Shown: piece by piece, positions 43,231 to 52,364 of the stretch
Layout of the letters: each line of letters opens with the position of its first letter
Position numbering within the stretch: the first letter of the stretch is position 1
NCBI GenBank assembly: GCA_963715335.1
Contig: CAVQRZ010000031.1
Location: 1-64,000 of the forward strand
Reading direction: 5' to 3'
Source: an uncultured delta proteobacterium
GTDB lineage: Bacteria; Desulfobacterota; Desulfuromonadia; Desulfuromonadales; BM103
Length of the DNA: 64,000 bases
Program-made: the position numbers and the translations under genes
Notes under the pieces: model-generated
Database searches by the model: none
Told to the model about the DNA's origin: nothing
What the model saw: only the letters and a program-made list of their open reading frames with translations

Positions 43231-43269
43231 TTGACATAATTAAAACAGATGTTTTAATCATACGTATGA
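43231..43269 (+). promoter_or_regulatory. Promoter and palindromic operator(s) of the TetR-RND operon
   Basis: TTGACA at 43231; ATTAAAAC-AGAT-GTTTTAAT at 43239-43258 and TCATACGTATGA at 43258-43269. Confidence 0.65.
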
Positions 43270-43306
43270 ATGTTAACCTTTCCTGTTTTGGAGGTACTGT
43301 CAGCCG

Positions 43307-43942
43307 ATGAGTCAGCCGGATACCAAACAGAGGATTCTCAATGCAGCCGAACACCTGTTTGCCAGGCACGGCTATCACGCCACGTCCTTGCGCGGGATAA
43401 CTACTGCTGCTGCAGCCAACCTGGCCGCGGTCAACTATCATTTCGGCAGCAAGGAAGCGTTACTCGAAGCCGTGATTGTACGTCGGCTCGACCCTCTCAA
43501 TGAGATCCGCAGCGGCCAGCTCGAAGCACTTTTGCAAAAGGCTGCAACTGCGGGTAAACGACCTGCCTGCAGAGATGTCTTGCAAACGTTTGTCGAGCCG
43601 ACCCTACGCCTGCGTCAGCATGGCTCGGAAGCCGAAGATTTCATCGCCCTGGTCGGCCGGATCCTTGCGGAACCGCGTGGCCTTGCTATGACAATCTTCC
43701 TGCAGCATATGAGACCCCTGATGCAGCGCCTCTTCGAGGCTCTGACCCTGTCATTGCCTACTCTGTCAGAGCAGGACCTGTTCTGGCGGATGCATTTTGT
43801 CCTGGGTTCCCTGAGTCACGTTATGCGTTGCCACGAGCGCCATTCAATGGCTCCGGAAAGCGTCAATGTCGATGTCCCCGTCGAAGAGATCATCGAGGCT
43901 TTCCTTGATTTTACTACCGCCGGTATGGAGGTCCCCAGGTGA
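43307..43942 (+). CDS. TetR/AcrR family transcriptional regulator
   Basis: TKQRILNAAEHLFA..G and NLAAVNYHFGSKEAL HTH. Confidence 0.93.
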   Translation: MSQPDTKQRILNAAEHLFARHGYHATSLRGITTAAAANLAAVNYHFGSKEALLEAVIVRRLDPLNEIRSGQLEALLQKAATAGKRPACRDVLQTFVEPTLRLRQHGSEAEDFIALVGRILAEPRGLAMTIFLQHMRPLMQRLFEALTLSLPTLSEQDLFWRMHFVLGSLSHVMRCHERHSMAPESVNVDVPVEEIIEAFLDFTTAGMEVPR

Positions 43943-45357
43943 TGCGGTGTTTCTTCATAGCTACTTTTGCTTGGGTTCTGGCGGGCTGCGCAATCCATGA
44001 GCCGTCGTCCGCGGCTCTGCCGATCGATCCGCCGCCCGGATATCTGCAATCCCAGGAGAACGGGCTGTCAATTGCTCCGCTAGGGCGCTGGTGGCTGGAC
44101 TTTCAGGACGAAGAGCTCAACCGGTTGATGGAGGAGCTCTTCGCGCAGAACCTCGAGCTGACCCAGGTGATTGCGCGCCTGGACCAGGTCGAAACGCTGG
44201 TCAGGACCAGTCGGAGCGCCCAGTTGCCGTTCCTTGCTTCGAGCGGGAGCCTGTCTCGTTCCCAACAACCCGGTTTGACCGATGATTTCATCGGCAATTC
44301 GGAGCAGCTTTCCCTGGCTGCCGGGTTCGAACTCGATCTATGGGGAAAGCTGGCGGCCAGGACCAGGGCTGCGCAGCTTGATTATGCCGCTGGCCAGGAG
44401 GATCTGCAGACGCTCTACCTTGGCCTGTCTGCGCGCCTTGCTGAGCTCTACTTCCTGGCCGTTGAACAGCGTGCCCAAATAGCCCTGAACGATCAGCTGG
44501 TAGCCTCTTTTGATGATACCGCAGAGCGTGTCGAACGTCGTTATCGTCTCGGCCTGGCCCCTGCGATCGACATGTACCAGTCGCGCCAGAGCCAGACCGG
44601 AGCCAGGGCGGTCCGCTATCTCTACGAAGCACGTCTGGCCGAAGCCGAACACGCCCTCAGCGTTTTACTCGGACGCTACCCGGAACAGAATAAAAATGGC
44701 TCCCTTGCGGATTTACCTACAGCTCCGAAACTCTCCGAAGTCGGTATCCCGGCTGACCTGATGAACAATCGACCGGATTTGAGGGCTGCGTTGACGCGGG
44801 TCGAGGCCGCCGATGAAAGGGTTGCGGCGGCAATTGCCGACCGCTTTCCATCAATCAGCCTGTCCGGCGGCTACGGTACCTTGCGCCAGGACGTGACCGC
44901 AGGCCTCCTGACCGGGGAATTCTGGAGTTTACTTGGTAACCTCACCATGCCGATTGTCGACGGCGGTCGGCGGCGGGCCGAAGTGGACCGCCAGGAGGCG
45001 GCACTGCGGGAAGCCGTAGCGCTTTACCAGCAGACAGTGCTCGCGGCATTCAAGGATGTTGAAGATGCCCTGGCAAACAACTACGCCACGGCCCAAAGAG
45101 TCGCACAACTTGCAGCAACTGCGCAGTCGACCAGCGCGAGCCTGCGCCTGTCGACTGACAGATACCTTGCCGGCCTGGACGATTATCTGCCGGTCCTGAC
45201 GGCACAGCGTTCCGATTTTGAAACACGCAGCAATCTGCTCTCCGCACGGAAACAACTTCTGGTTGACCGCATCAGCCTGGCGCGGGCGTTGGGTGGTTCC
45301 TGGATGCGTGAAGAAATGAATCTGCGGCTACAGAATGAGGAGGGCGGGAAAAAATGA
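43939..45357 (+). CDS. RND efflux outer-membrane lipoprotein (NodT/TolC family)
   Basis: Lipobox LAGC, WW..F.D..L, FELDLWGK, RPDL and ALGG.W. Confidence 0.92.
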   Translation: MMRCFFIATFAWVLAGCAIHEPSSAALPIDPPPGYLQSQENGLSIAPLGRWWLDFQDEELNRLMEELFAQNLELTQVIARLDQVETLVRTSRSAQLPFLASSGSLSRSQQPGLTDDFIGNSEQLSLAAGFELDLWGKLAARTRAAQLDYAAGQEDLQTLYLGLSARLAELYFLAVEQRAQIALNDQLVASFDDTAERVERRYRLGLAPAIDMYQSRQSQTGARAVRYLYEARLAEAEHALSVLLGRYPEQNKNGSLADLPTAPKLSEVGIPADLMNNRPDLRAALTRVEAADERVAAAIADRFPSISLSGGYGTLRQDVTAGLLTGEFWSLLGNLTMPIVDGGRRRAEVDRQEAALREAVALYQQTVLAAFKDVEDALANNYATAQRVAQLAATAQSTSASLRLSTDRYLAGLDDYLPVLTAQRSDFETRSNLLSARKQLLVDRISLARALGGSWMREEMNLRLQNEEGGKK

Positions 45358-46526
45358 AAATGCGAAAAGCCATCGTGCCGATCCTGGTCATCGTTATTGC
45401 CCTGGGGTTGACCTTTGTCCTGGTGAAATCACGCAAACCACCCAAACCTCTCGAGACATCCTATCTCGGCCCGTTGGTTGAAACGGCTGAACTGGTAAGG
45501 AGTTCCCGTCGGGTCGTCGTCCCGGGCACCGGTTCTGCCCAGGCGAGACGAGAAGTCAACATTACACCACAGGTCAAGGGTCAAGTCAGTGAGTTGTCCC
45601 CGAACATGGTGGCCGGGGGCACGTTTCGTAAGGGTGAGCTGCTGTTTGCGATTGAGAGCGTGGATTATGACCTCGCCATTGATCTGGCCAGGGCCAGTCT
45701 GGCCCAGGCGGAGCTGGAATTGCAGCGCAACGAGAATCTGGCCAGGGTCGCCCGCCAGGAATGGCAGGCTCTGAATCCCGGCAGCATTGAGGAGCCCAAC
45801 CCCCTGGTTGTCTATGAACCGCAGATGAAGAGTGCTCGTGCGCAACGGGAGGCTGCCGTTGCCAATGTCCGACAGGCAGAAATCAACCTGCAGCGAACCA
45901 GGGTGTTTGCCCCTTTCAACGGCTACGTGCGCAGCGAACAACTTGAAATCGGCCAGTATTTGACTGTCGGCTCAGCCGTGGCGACGGTCGTTGGCACCGA
46001 CCAGGTGGAGATAGTCGTACCGGTCTCTCTTGATGACCTGGCCTGGCTGCAGGTGCCGCGCAATGGAGAGATGCAGAAAGGCTCCGAAGCGAGGATTGAA
46101 CTGCAATCCGGTGGCCGGAACTTCCACTGGCGGGGGGCGATAACCCGGGCTATGGGTGAGATCGACCCGCACAACCGCATGGCGCATGTCGTGGTCACGG
46201 TTGCCGATCCTCTTGCCAAAGACGGGGTCGAAAGGAGTCTTCTCAATGAACTCTTGCCGGGCATGTTTGTCGAGGTCCGGTTGCAGGGTAAAGAACTTGC
46301 CGATGTCATCGTTGTGCCGCGCGGTGCTTTGCGTGACAACGATACCGTTTGGATTGCCGACGGCGAAAACCGTCTGCATATTCGCGCGGTCGATATTGTC
46401 CGCCGCGAGCGCGATGAAATTCTGGTCCGGGGCGGCCTGCAGGCCGGAGAGAAGATCATCCTGACGGGGCTGACCGGGGCTGCCGAAGGGATGATCCTGC
46501 GACCGCAGTTGAGGGAGGCCAAGTAA
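45354..46526 (+). CDS. RND efflux periplasmic adaptor (MFP)
   Basis: N-terminal TM, PQVKG, RTRVFAPFNG and LLPGMFV. Confidence 0.92.
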   Translation: MKMRKAIVPILVIVIALGLTFVLVKSRKPPKPLETSYLGPLVETAELVRSSRRVVVPGTGSAQARREVNITPQVKGQVSELSPNMVAGGTFRKGELLFAIESVDYDLAIDLARASLAQAELELQRNENLARVARQEWQALNPGSIEEPNPLVVYEPQMKSARAQREAAVANVRQAEINLQRTRVFAPFNGYVRSEQLEIGQYLTVGSAVATVVGTDQVEIVVPVSLDDLAWLQVPRNGEMQKGSEARIELQSGGRNFHWRGAITRAMGEIDPHNRMAHVVVTVADPLAKDGVERSLLNELLPGMFVEVRLQGKELADVIVVPRGALRDNDTVWIADGENRLHIRAVDIVRRERDEILVRGGLQAGEKIILTGLTGAAEGMILRPQLREAK

Positions 46527-49500
46527 TGAACGGCGCGATTCGCTGGATGGCGGAGAACCATGTCGCCGCCAACCTGCTGATGCTGGTTTTTATCGTCGGG
46601 GGCCTGATCCTTGGCTTCAGCATCAAACAGGAGGTCTTCCCGGACGTGAACCTCGATCGTGTCCAGGTCTCGGTCGCTTATCCCGGTGCCGGACCGGAAG
46701 AGGTTGAAGAAGGGGTCATCCTCAAAATCGAGGAAAACCTTACCGGAGTCGACGGTATCAAGCAGGTCAAGTCGGTGGCTGCAGAAGGTTACGGGGTGGT
46801 TACTGCGGAGATTATGACGGATGCAGATATCGACCTGGTCCTGCAGGATATCAAGAGCGAGGTTGACCGCATCACCACCTTCCCGAATGATGCGGAAAAA
46901 CCGGTCGTCAGTAAAATGCTCAACCGCCGCGAAGTGATCTCGGTGGTGGTCTTCGGCGAACTGCCGGAGCGCAGCCTGCGCGAACTCGCAGAACAGGTCC
47001 GCGACGAGCTGTTGCTGGAACCCGGGATTACCCAGGTTGATCTGAGCGGTGTGCGTCCCTATGAAATTTCCATTGAGATCAACGAAACCAACCTGCGTCG
47101 CTACGGCCTGACCTTTGACCAGATCGCCCAACGGGTTCGCCAGGCCTCCCTCGACCTTCCGGGCGGGACCATTAAAACCGGCTCCGGCGAAATCCTGGTC
47201 AGAACCAAGGAGCGTCGTTATGTCGGCCACGAATACGCCAGCATCGTCATCCTGACCACGGTGGATGGTACGGAAGTCACCCTGGGAGACGTCGCGACCA
47301 TCAAGGATGGTTTCGAAGAGACCGACCAGTTCGGCCTCTTTGATGGTCTGCCGGCGGCCATGGCCAAGGTCTATCGCGTGGCTGACCAGAAGCCGACCGA
47401 GATCTCCGATGCGGTCAAGCGCTATGTCGAGGGCAAGCGTCGGCAACTGCCGGAATCGGTCGATCTGGCCACCTGGAACGACAACTCGGAACTGTTCAAA
47501 AGCCGCAAGGACCTGCTGACCAGGAATGCCATGCTCGGCCTGGTCCTGGTCTTTATTACCCTCGGGCTGTTCCTGGAAATTCGCCTGGCGTTGTGGGTCA
47601 TGCTCGGCATCCCCATCTCCTTCTGCGGGGCCCTGCTCTTCATGCCGGCGGTCGGCGTCTCGATCAATATGATTTCACTGTTTGCCTTTATTATGGCGCT
47701 CGGGATCGTGGTTGATGATGCCATTGTCGTCGGTGAAAACGTGTACGAACAGCGTCAATCCGGCAAGCCATACCTGCAGGCAGCGATCGATGGCGCGACC
47801 GAGGTTGCGCAACCGGTCATCTTCGCCATCCTGACGTCGGTCACGGCCTTTCTGCCGCTGCTTTTTACCAGCGGCATCATGGGCAAGTTCATCCTGGTGA
47901 TTCCGGCGATCGTCATTACGGTCCTGCTGGTCTCCCTGGTGGAATGCCTTTTTATTCTTCCCGCTCACCTGGCGATCGGCCAGCGGGTCAAAACCCCTGG
48001 CCGTTTCCTCGCTGGACTTGAGAGAAATCGGCAACGCTTTGGTAAATTGCTGCAACGTTTAATCGACGGGCCTTACCACAAGACCCTAGCCCTCTGTCTC
48101 GAATATCGCTACATGACCGTTGCGATTGCGGTTGCTGTCCTGCTCCTGGCCGGTGTTGGCCTGATCGGCAGCGGCATCGTCAAATTCCGGTTTATGCCCG
48201 ATGTCGATGCCGACGTTATCCAGGTCGCACTCGAGCTTGCCCCTGGCAGCCCGGTTGTGCTGACGAAGCAAGTCCAGGACCAGGTTGTCAAAGCCGGCCT
48301 GGATGTGGTCGCCGAATACGATAAAGCGCGACCAGAAGGTGCGTCGGTGATGCGTCATGTCTTCGCGAATATCGGCTCCACGGTTGCGGACCGTGGGCCT
48401 GCAGGGGCGTTTAGCAGCTCTGGCGGCAACCTTGCCAGCATTTCGATGTTTTTAACGCCAAGCGAACTGCGCGGGGTCGCGGCCAGCGAGATCGCGAGTC
48501 GCTGGCGGGAGCGGGTCGGGGACATCGTCGGCGTGGAAACTCTGACCTTTACCTCGAACCTGATCCACCTTGGAGCCAATATCGACGTGCAGTTGGCGCA
48601 TAATGACTTCGCGGTTCTGGACGAAGCCGCCGAGCGACTCAAGGAAATCATTGCCACGTACCCGGGTACGGGCGATATCAGCGATAATTACACGCTCGGC
48701 AAGCGGGAAGTCAAAGTCCGTCTGAAAGCCGAGGCCCGCACCCTGGGGATTACCGAGGAGGATCTCGGCAGGCAGTTGCGCGGCGCCTTTTACGGGGCCG
48801 AAGCCCTGCGCCTGCAACGTGGACGAAACGAAGTAAAAGTCCTGGTCCGTTACCCGGAAGAGAATCGTCAACATTTCTGGGATCTCGAAACCATGCGCAT
48901 CAGGGTGCCGGGTGGCGGGGAGATTCCTCTGGACAGAGCGGCGACTCTGGTCGAAAGCCGCGGCTTCAGCAAAATTAATCGGACTGATCGCAAGCGCGTC
49001 ATCAATGTGACCGCGACCGTGGACAGCCATGTTGCCAACGCCGAGGAGATCGTCGCCGAGATCAAATCGACCGCCTTGCCGAAACTGGTCACAGATTACC
49101 CCGGTTTGAGTTATGACCTGGAGGGTGAAGACAAGAACCGCCGGGAGTCAATGGCGAGCATGTTCAACGGCTTCAAGCTGGTGTTGATCGTTATCTTTGC
49201 CCTGCTGGCGATTCCGTTCCGCAGCTACTCGCAACCATTGTTGATTATGGCGGCCATCCCTTTCGGCATTGTGGGGGCAATTCTCGGCCACTTTCTGATG
49301 GGTTACGACCTGAGTATCCTGAGCATGTTTGGTCTTGTTGCCCTGACCGGCGTGGTCGTCAATGATTCGCTGCTGCTGATCGACTACATCAATCGACACC
49401 GCCGCGAGGGCAAGACGCTCAAGGACGCTCTCCTGAGTGCCGGGAAAAGACGGTTTCGCCCGATTCTGCTGACGTCTTTGACCACCTTTTTCGGGTTGAC

Positions 49501-49696
49501 TCCGATGATTCTGGAAACCAGCGTGCAGGCGCAGTTCCTGGTGCCCATGGCGATCAGCCTGGCGTTCGGGATTCTCTTTGCCACCGGTATTACCCTGCTG
49601 TTGATCCCGACCCTCTACATGGTCCTGGAAGATGGCCGACGTCTGCTGGGATTGTCGCCATCCCATGCTGAGCATCATGTTGAGACAGGCAACTAA
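46526..49696 (+). CDS. RND efflux permease (AcrB/AcrD/AcrF family)
   Basis: 1056 aa; GIVVDDAIVVGEN, GVVVNDS and RFRPILLTSLTT. Confidence 0.95.
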   Translation: MNGAIRWMAENHVAANLLMLVFIVGGLILGFSIKQEVFPDVNLDRVQVSVAYPGAGPEEVEEGVILKIEENLTGVDGIKQVKSVAAEGYGVVTAEIMTDADIDLVLQDIKSEVDRITTFPNDAEKPVVSKMLNRREVISVVVFGELPERSLRELAEQVRDELLLEPGITQVDLSGVRPYEISIEINETNLRRYGLTFDQIAQRVRQASLDLPGGTIKTGSGEILVRTKERRYVGHEYASIVILTTVDGTEVTLGDVATIKDGFEETDQFGLFDGLPAAMAKVYRVADQKPTEISDAVKRYVEGKRRQLPESVDLATWNDNSELFKSRKDLLTRNAMLGLVLVFITLGLFLEIRLALWVMLGIPISFCGALLFMPAVGVSINMISLFAFIMALGIVVDDAIVVGENVYEQRQSGKPYLQAAIDGATEVAQPVIFAILTSVTAFLPLLFTSGIMGKFILVIPAIVITVLLVSLVECLFILPAHLAIGQRVKTPGRFLAGLERNRQRFGKLLQRLIDGPYHKTLALCLEYRYMTVAIAVAVLLLAGVGLIGSGIVKFRFMPDVDADVIQVALELAPGSPVVLTKQVQDQVVKAGLDVVAEYDKARPEGASVMRHVFANIGSTVADRGPAGAFSSSGGNLASISMFLTPSELRGVAASEIASRWRERVGDIVGVETLTFTSNLIHLGANIDVQLAHNDFAVLDEAAERLKEIIATYPGTGDISDNYTLGKREVKVRLKAEARTLGITEEDLGRQLRGAFYGAEALRLQRGRNEVKVLVRYPEENRQHFWDLETMRIRVPGGGEIPLDRAATLVESRGFSKINRTDRKRVINVTATVDSHVANAEEIVAEIKSTALPKLVTDYPGLSYDLEGEDKNRRESMASMFNGFKLVLIVIFALLAIPFRSYSQPLLIMAAIPFGIVGAILGHFLMGYDLSILSMFGLVALTGVVVNDSLLLIDYINRHRREGKTLKDALLSAGKRRFRPILLTSLTTFFGLTPMILETSVQAQFLVPMAISLAFGILFATGITLLLIPTLYMVLEDGRRLLGLSPSHAEHHVETGN

Positions 49697-49706
49697 GTGA
49701 CTAGCA

Positions 49707-50489
49707 TTTGATAGTCCACGGGACTTCAAAGAAGAAGGGTTTTAAGTTCCGTAGCTGCGGGCGCAAGTTGTCTCATCAGTGTGATTCTACCACCCCATAT
49801 TGACGGCAGTTCGGCGAGGCCCCCTGTAACGGGCCGGCTCGTCTCCTCTGCTGCTTTTGGAAGCCATATAACCTTTCGAGAACGTCTATGCCCTCCGCCA
49901 GGAGAAAGGCATTTTTGCATACTTTTGTTGCCGGACAAAAGTATGGCGTCCGGCGGGACGCGACCCGCCGGTTCTGGTTCTCTATCTTTTGAATTATGTT
50001 TAAACACAGAAAGCAAGCAAAAGCAAAACCCGGGGGTCGCGCCCCCCGACTGCGCCTTACTCTTTTGCTGGCCCAAAAGAGTAAGCAGAAAAGGGCCTGC
50101 GCTGCGCTGGGCATGTCTGGCTCGGCAGGGCGGCAACCTCAATCCGGATGGTTCTAAACGATCAGGAGCCTGCGCTTCCCCCGCAGGAGCCGAGGCTCTT
50201 GAGAGCCGTCTCCATTTGTAGAGAGTTGTATCGGTTGTGATGTTTTTATGCTTTTCCCCTGTAAGTCACACGGCAAGGTCAGGCCCTTTGACACAGGGCC
50301 GGATCCCCATCAGTAAAGGTTTTTGAAGTCACAGACATCCGGCAGAGGAGATGCCCTCCGCAAGGAGAAAGGCGCTTTTGCTTACTTTTGTCGCCGCATG
50401 AACAAAAGTAAGGCGTCAGGCGGGACGCGACCCGCCGGTTTTATCTTTTCAGAACAAGTAAATGGCAACAGATTAACCATCTGTTGACC
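49707..50489. repeat. Mosaic repeat cluster 5: core-2/B (49707-49975, reverse), ~415-bp element (50023-50442), H
   Basis: 49707-49975 matches the reverse complement of 2688-2958; 50023-50442 matches the other core-1 copies. Confidence 0.92.
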
Positions 50490-50571
50490 ACTCTCTAACT
50501 GCGTTCGACACAATTCTCAACGCTCTCTCCGACCTTTTCAGCTCTTGAAAAAATCCAGATTGTATCGTTAA

Positions 50572-51405
50572 ATGCCCCGTCCAGGATTTCTCCCGACCAA
50601 AAAATCACACCAGAGGTTCAGGTTGTTACTCAATAATGCCCATTTTCGCAAAGTCAAAAAGCTGACCGGTCAGGCCGTCGGCGATTTCAACCTGATTGAA
50701 GAGGGCGACCGCATCGCCGTCGCCGTGTCCGGGGGCAAGGATTCCTACGCCTTGCTGCACATCCTCAACCAGTTGCGGCGTCGCGCGCCGATCAACTACG
50801 AGCTGATCGCGGTGAATGTTGATGCCGGCTTCCCCGGTTACCGCAAGGATATCCTGGAAAAGTATTTGCGTGAGTGCGGTTTCCAGGTGCATATGGAAGC
50901 CACTGACTGCTCCCGTATCATCGATGAAAAATTACGCCCCGGTTCATCCTACTGTGCCTTCTGTGCCCGCTTGCGGCGCGGGGTTTTGTATACGGTTGCC
51001 GATCGCCTCGGCTGCAACAAGATCGCCCTTGGCCACCATCTGGATGATTTCATCGAGACCCTGCTTCTGAACCAGTTTTACATCGGCACCCTTGCCGCCA
51101 TGAGCCCCAGGTTGTTGGCGGACAACCAGCGCCACACGGTCATCCGCCCCATGGTTTATGTCGAAGAGGTGGATATCGCCAAGTTCGCCCGCCAGAACGA
51201 TTTCCCGATTATCGATTGCGGCTGTCCGGTCATGGGGCAGGAAGACCAGAAACGGCAGAGGATGAAACGCCTGCTGACAGAGCTGCACAAGGAAAATCGT
51301 TACCTGAAGCGCAGCATGATCCGTGCCTTGGCGAATGTCCGCCCACGTCACCTGCTCGACCAGGACATGCTGCGGCTTGTGCAAATGGAAGAACGCGATA
51401 CTTGA
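50572..51405 (+). CDS. ttcA: tRNA 2-thiocytidine(32) synthetase
   Basis: SGGKDS PP-loop, CAFCARLRRG, GHHLDD and IRP; start uncertain. Confidence 0.92.
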   Translation: MPRPGFLPTKKSHQRFRLLLNNAHFRKVKKLTGQAVGDFNLIEEGDRIAVAVSGGKDSYALLHILNQLRRRAPINYELIAVNVDAGFPGYRKDILEKYLRECGFQVHMEATDCSRIIDEKLRPGSSYCAFCARLRRGVLYTVADRLGCNKIALGHHLDDFIETLLLNQFYIGTLAAMSPRLLADNQRHTVIRPMVYVEEVDIAKFARQNDFPIIDCGCPVMGQEDQKRQRMKRLLTELHKENRYLKRSMIRALANVRPRHLLDQDMLRLVQMEERDT

Positions 51406-51643
51406 TGGCCTGTTCCTGCCCTGCACGACGGACTGGTCGAGAGCGTGAACCAGCAAGGGGAAATGCCTGGCGCCGGGAGATTGGGCGACACTTTTCGCAG
51501 ACTCGATGGTGACCGTATGATATTCTCTGAGGGACCTTTCGCAGAGACCGACAAATAGCTGGCGGGACAGGCGCCATTCGACGGCCGTCCGGCGATCGCC
51601 ATGGTCTTTCGATAAAACAGTTTGACGAGAGAGATCAGACAGC

Positions 51644-52345
51644 ATGCTGTTGGCAGGAAAGCAGTCCGATACCAAGCAGGTTGCCGTGGTGACGCGCAAT
51701 CGACAATTCAACCGGTTGTTAGGCAGTATCCTGGCCGAATGGAAGTTTTTTCCGGTTGAATACCTGGCCGGGGCGAAAGTCGTTTTTGCCGAGTACGGCA
51801 TCGACTTGCCCGACCTCACCGGTGAAGTCGTCTGGCTGACGCCGCGACCACTGTCTGCAGGCCGCTTCCTGACAATCCCGATTTCCCTGACCGAACTCTA
51901 CACTCTTCTGGAAACAGAATATTTCCCAACCCCGCGGCGTCATATCCGCCTCACCATCGATGTAAAGGCTGATGTCTGTCTGGACAATAGCTGGCAGGAA
52001 TGCCGGTTGGTTTCCATCTCTGATCGTGGCGGGCGCATCTTGTGCCGGGATGAGATCCAGCGCGGCACGAGGTTGCACCTGGAAACAGAAATAGCGGGGG
52101 AACTTTTGCAAATGCCGGCAGAGGTTCTCTACTGTATCCCCGCCGGAGACACGTCCTGCCGATCCCTGCCTCAGGTGGGGGTCCTGTTCAGGCCGGCAGA
52201 CGTCCGCTTGATCAACATGCTGCGGCGCTTTATTGAAAAGTCCTGTGTCGAATCTGCCTGCGCCAGGGAGGGGCTCCCGCTTGACGAGCAGTGCCTGGGC
52301 TGGATTGATTATGTCGATGACCCGTGGGTCGAAGTGACCGGATGA
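51644..52345 (+). CDS. PilZ domain protein with N-terminal extension
   Basis: PRRHIR and SISDRGG motifs. Confidence 0.72.
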   Translation: MLLAGKQSDTKQVAVVTRNRQFNRLLGSILAEWKFFPVEYLAGAKVVFAEYGIDLPDLTGEVVWLTPRPLSAGRFLTIPISLTELYTLLETEYFPTPRRHIRLTIDVKADVCLDNSWQECRLVSISDRGGRILCRDEIQRGTRLHLETEIAGELLQMPAEVLYCIPAGDTSCRSLPQVGVLFRPADVRLINMLRRFIEKSCVESACAREGLPLDEQCLGWIDYVDDPWVEVTG

Positions 52346-52364
52346 CCTGGCAAAGCGACCGTTC

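Noticed and set aside
45923..47446. Long antisense ORFs (also 18120..19526, 41095..42378, 8958..10133, 6784..7746, 60165..61097)
   Set aside because: Shadow frames opposite well-supported genes in GC-rich DNA, with no recognisable motifs.
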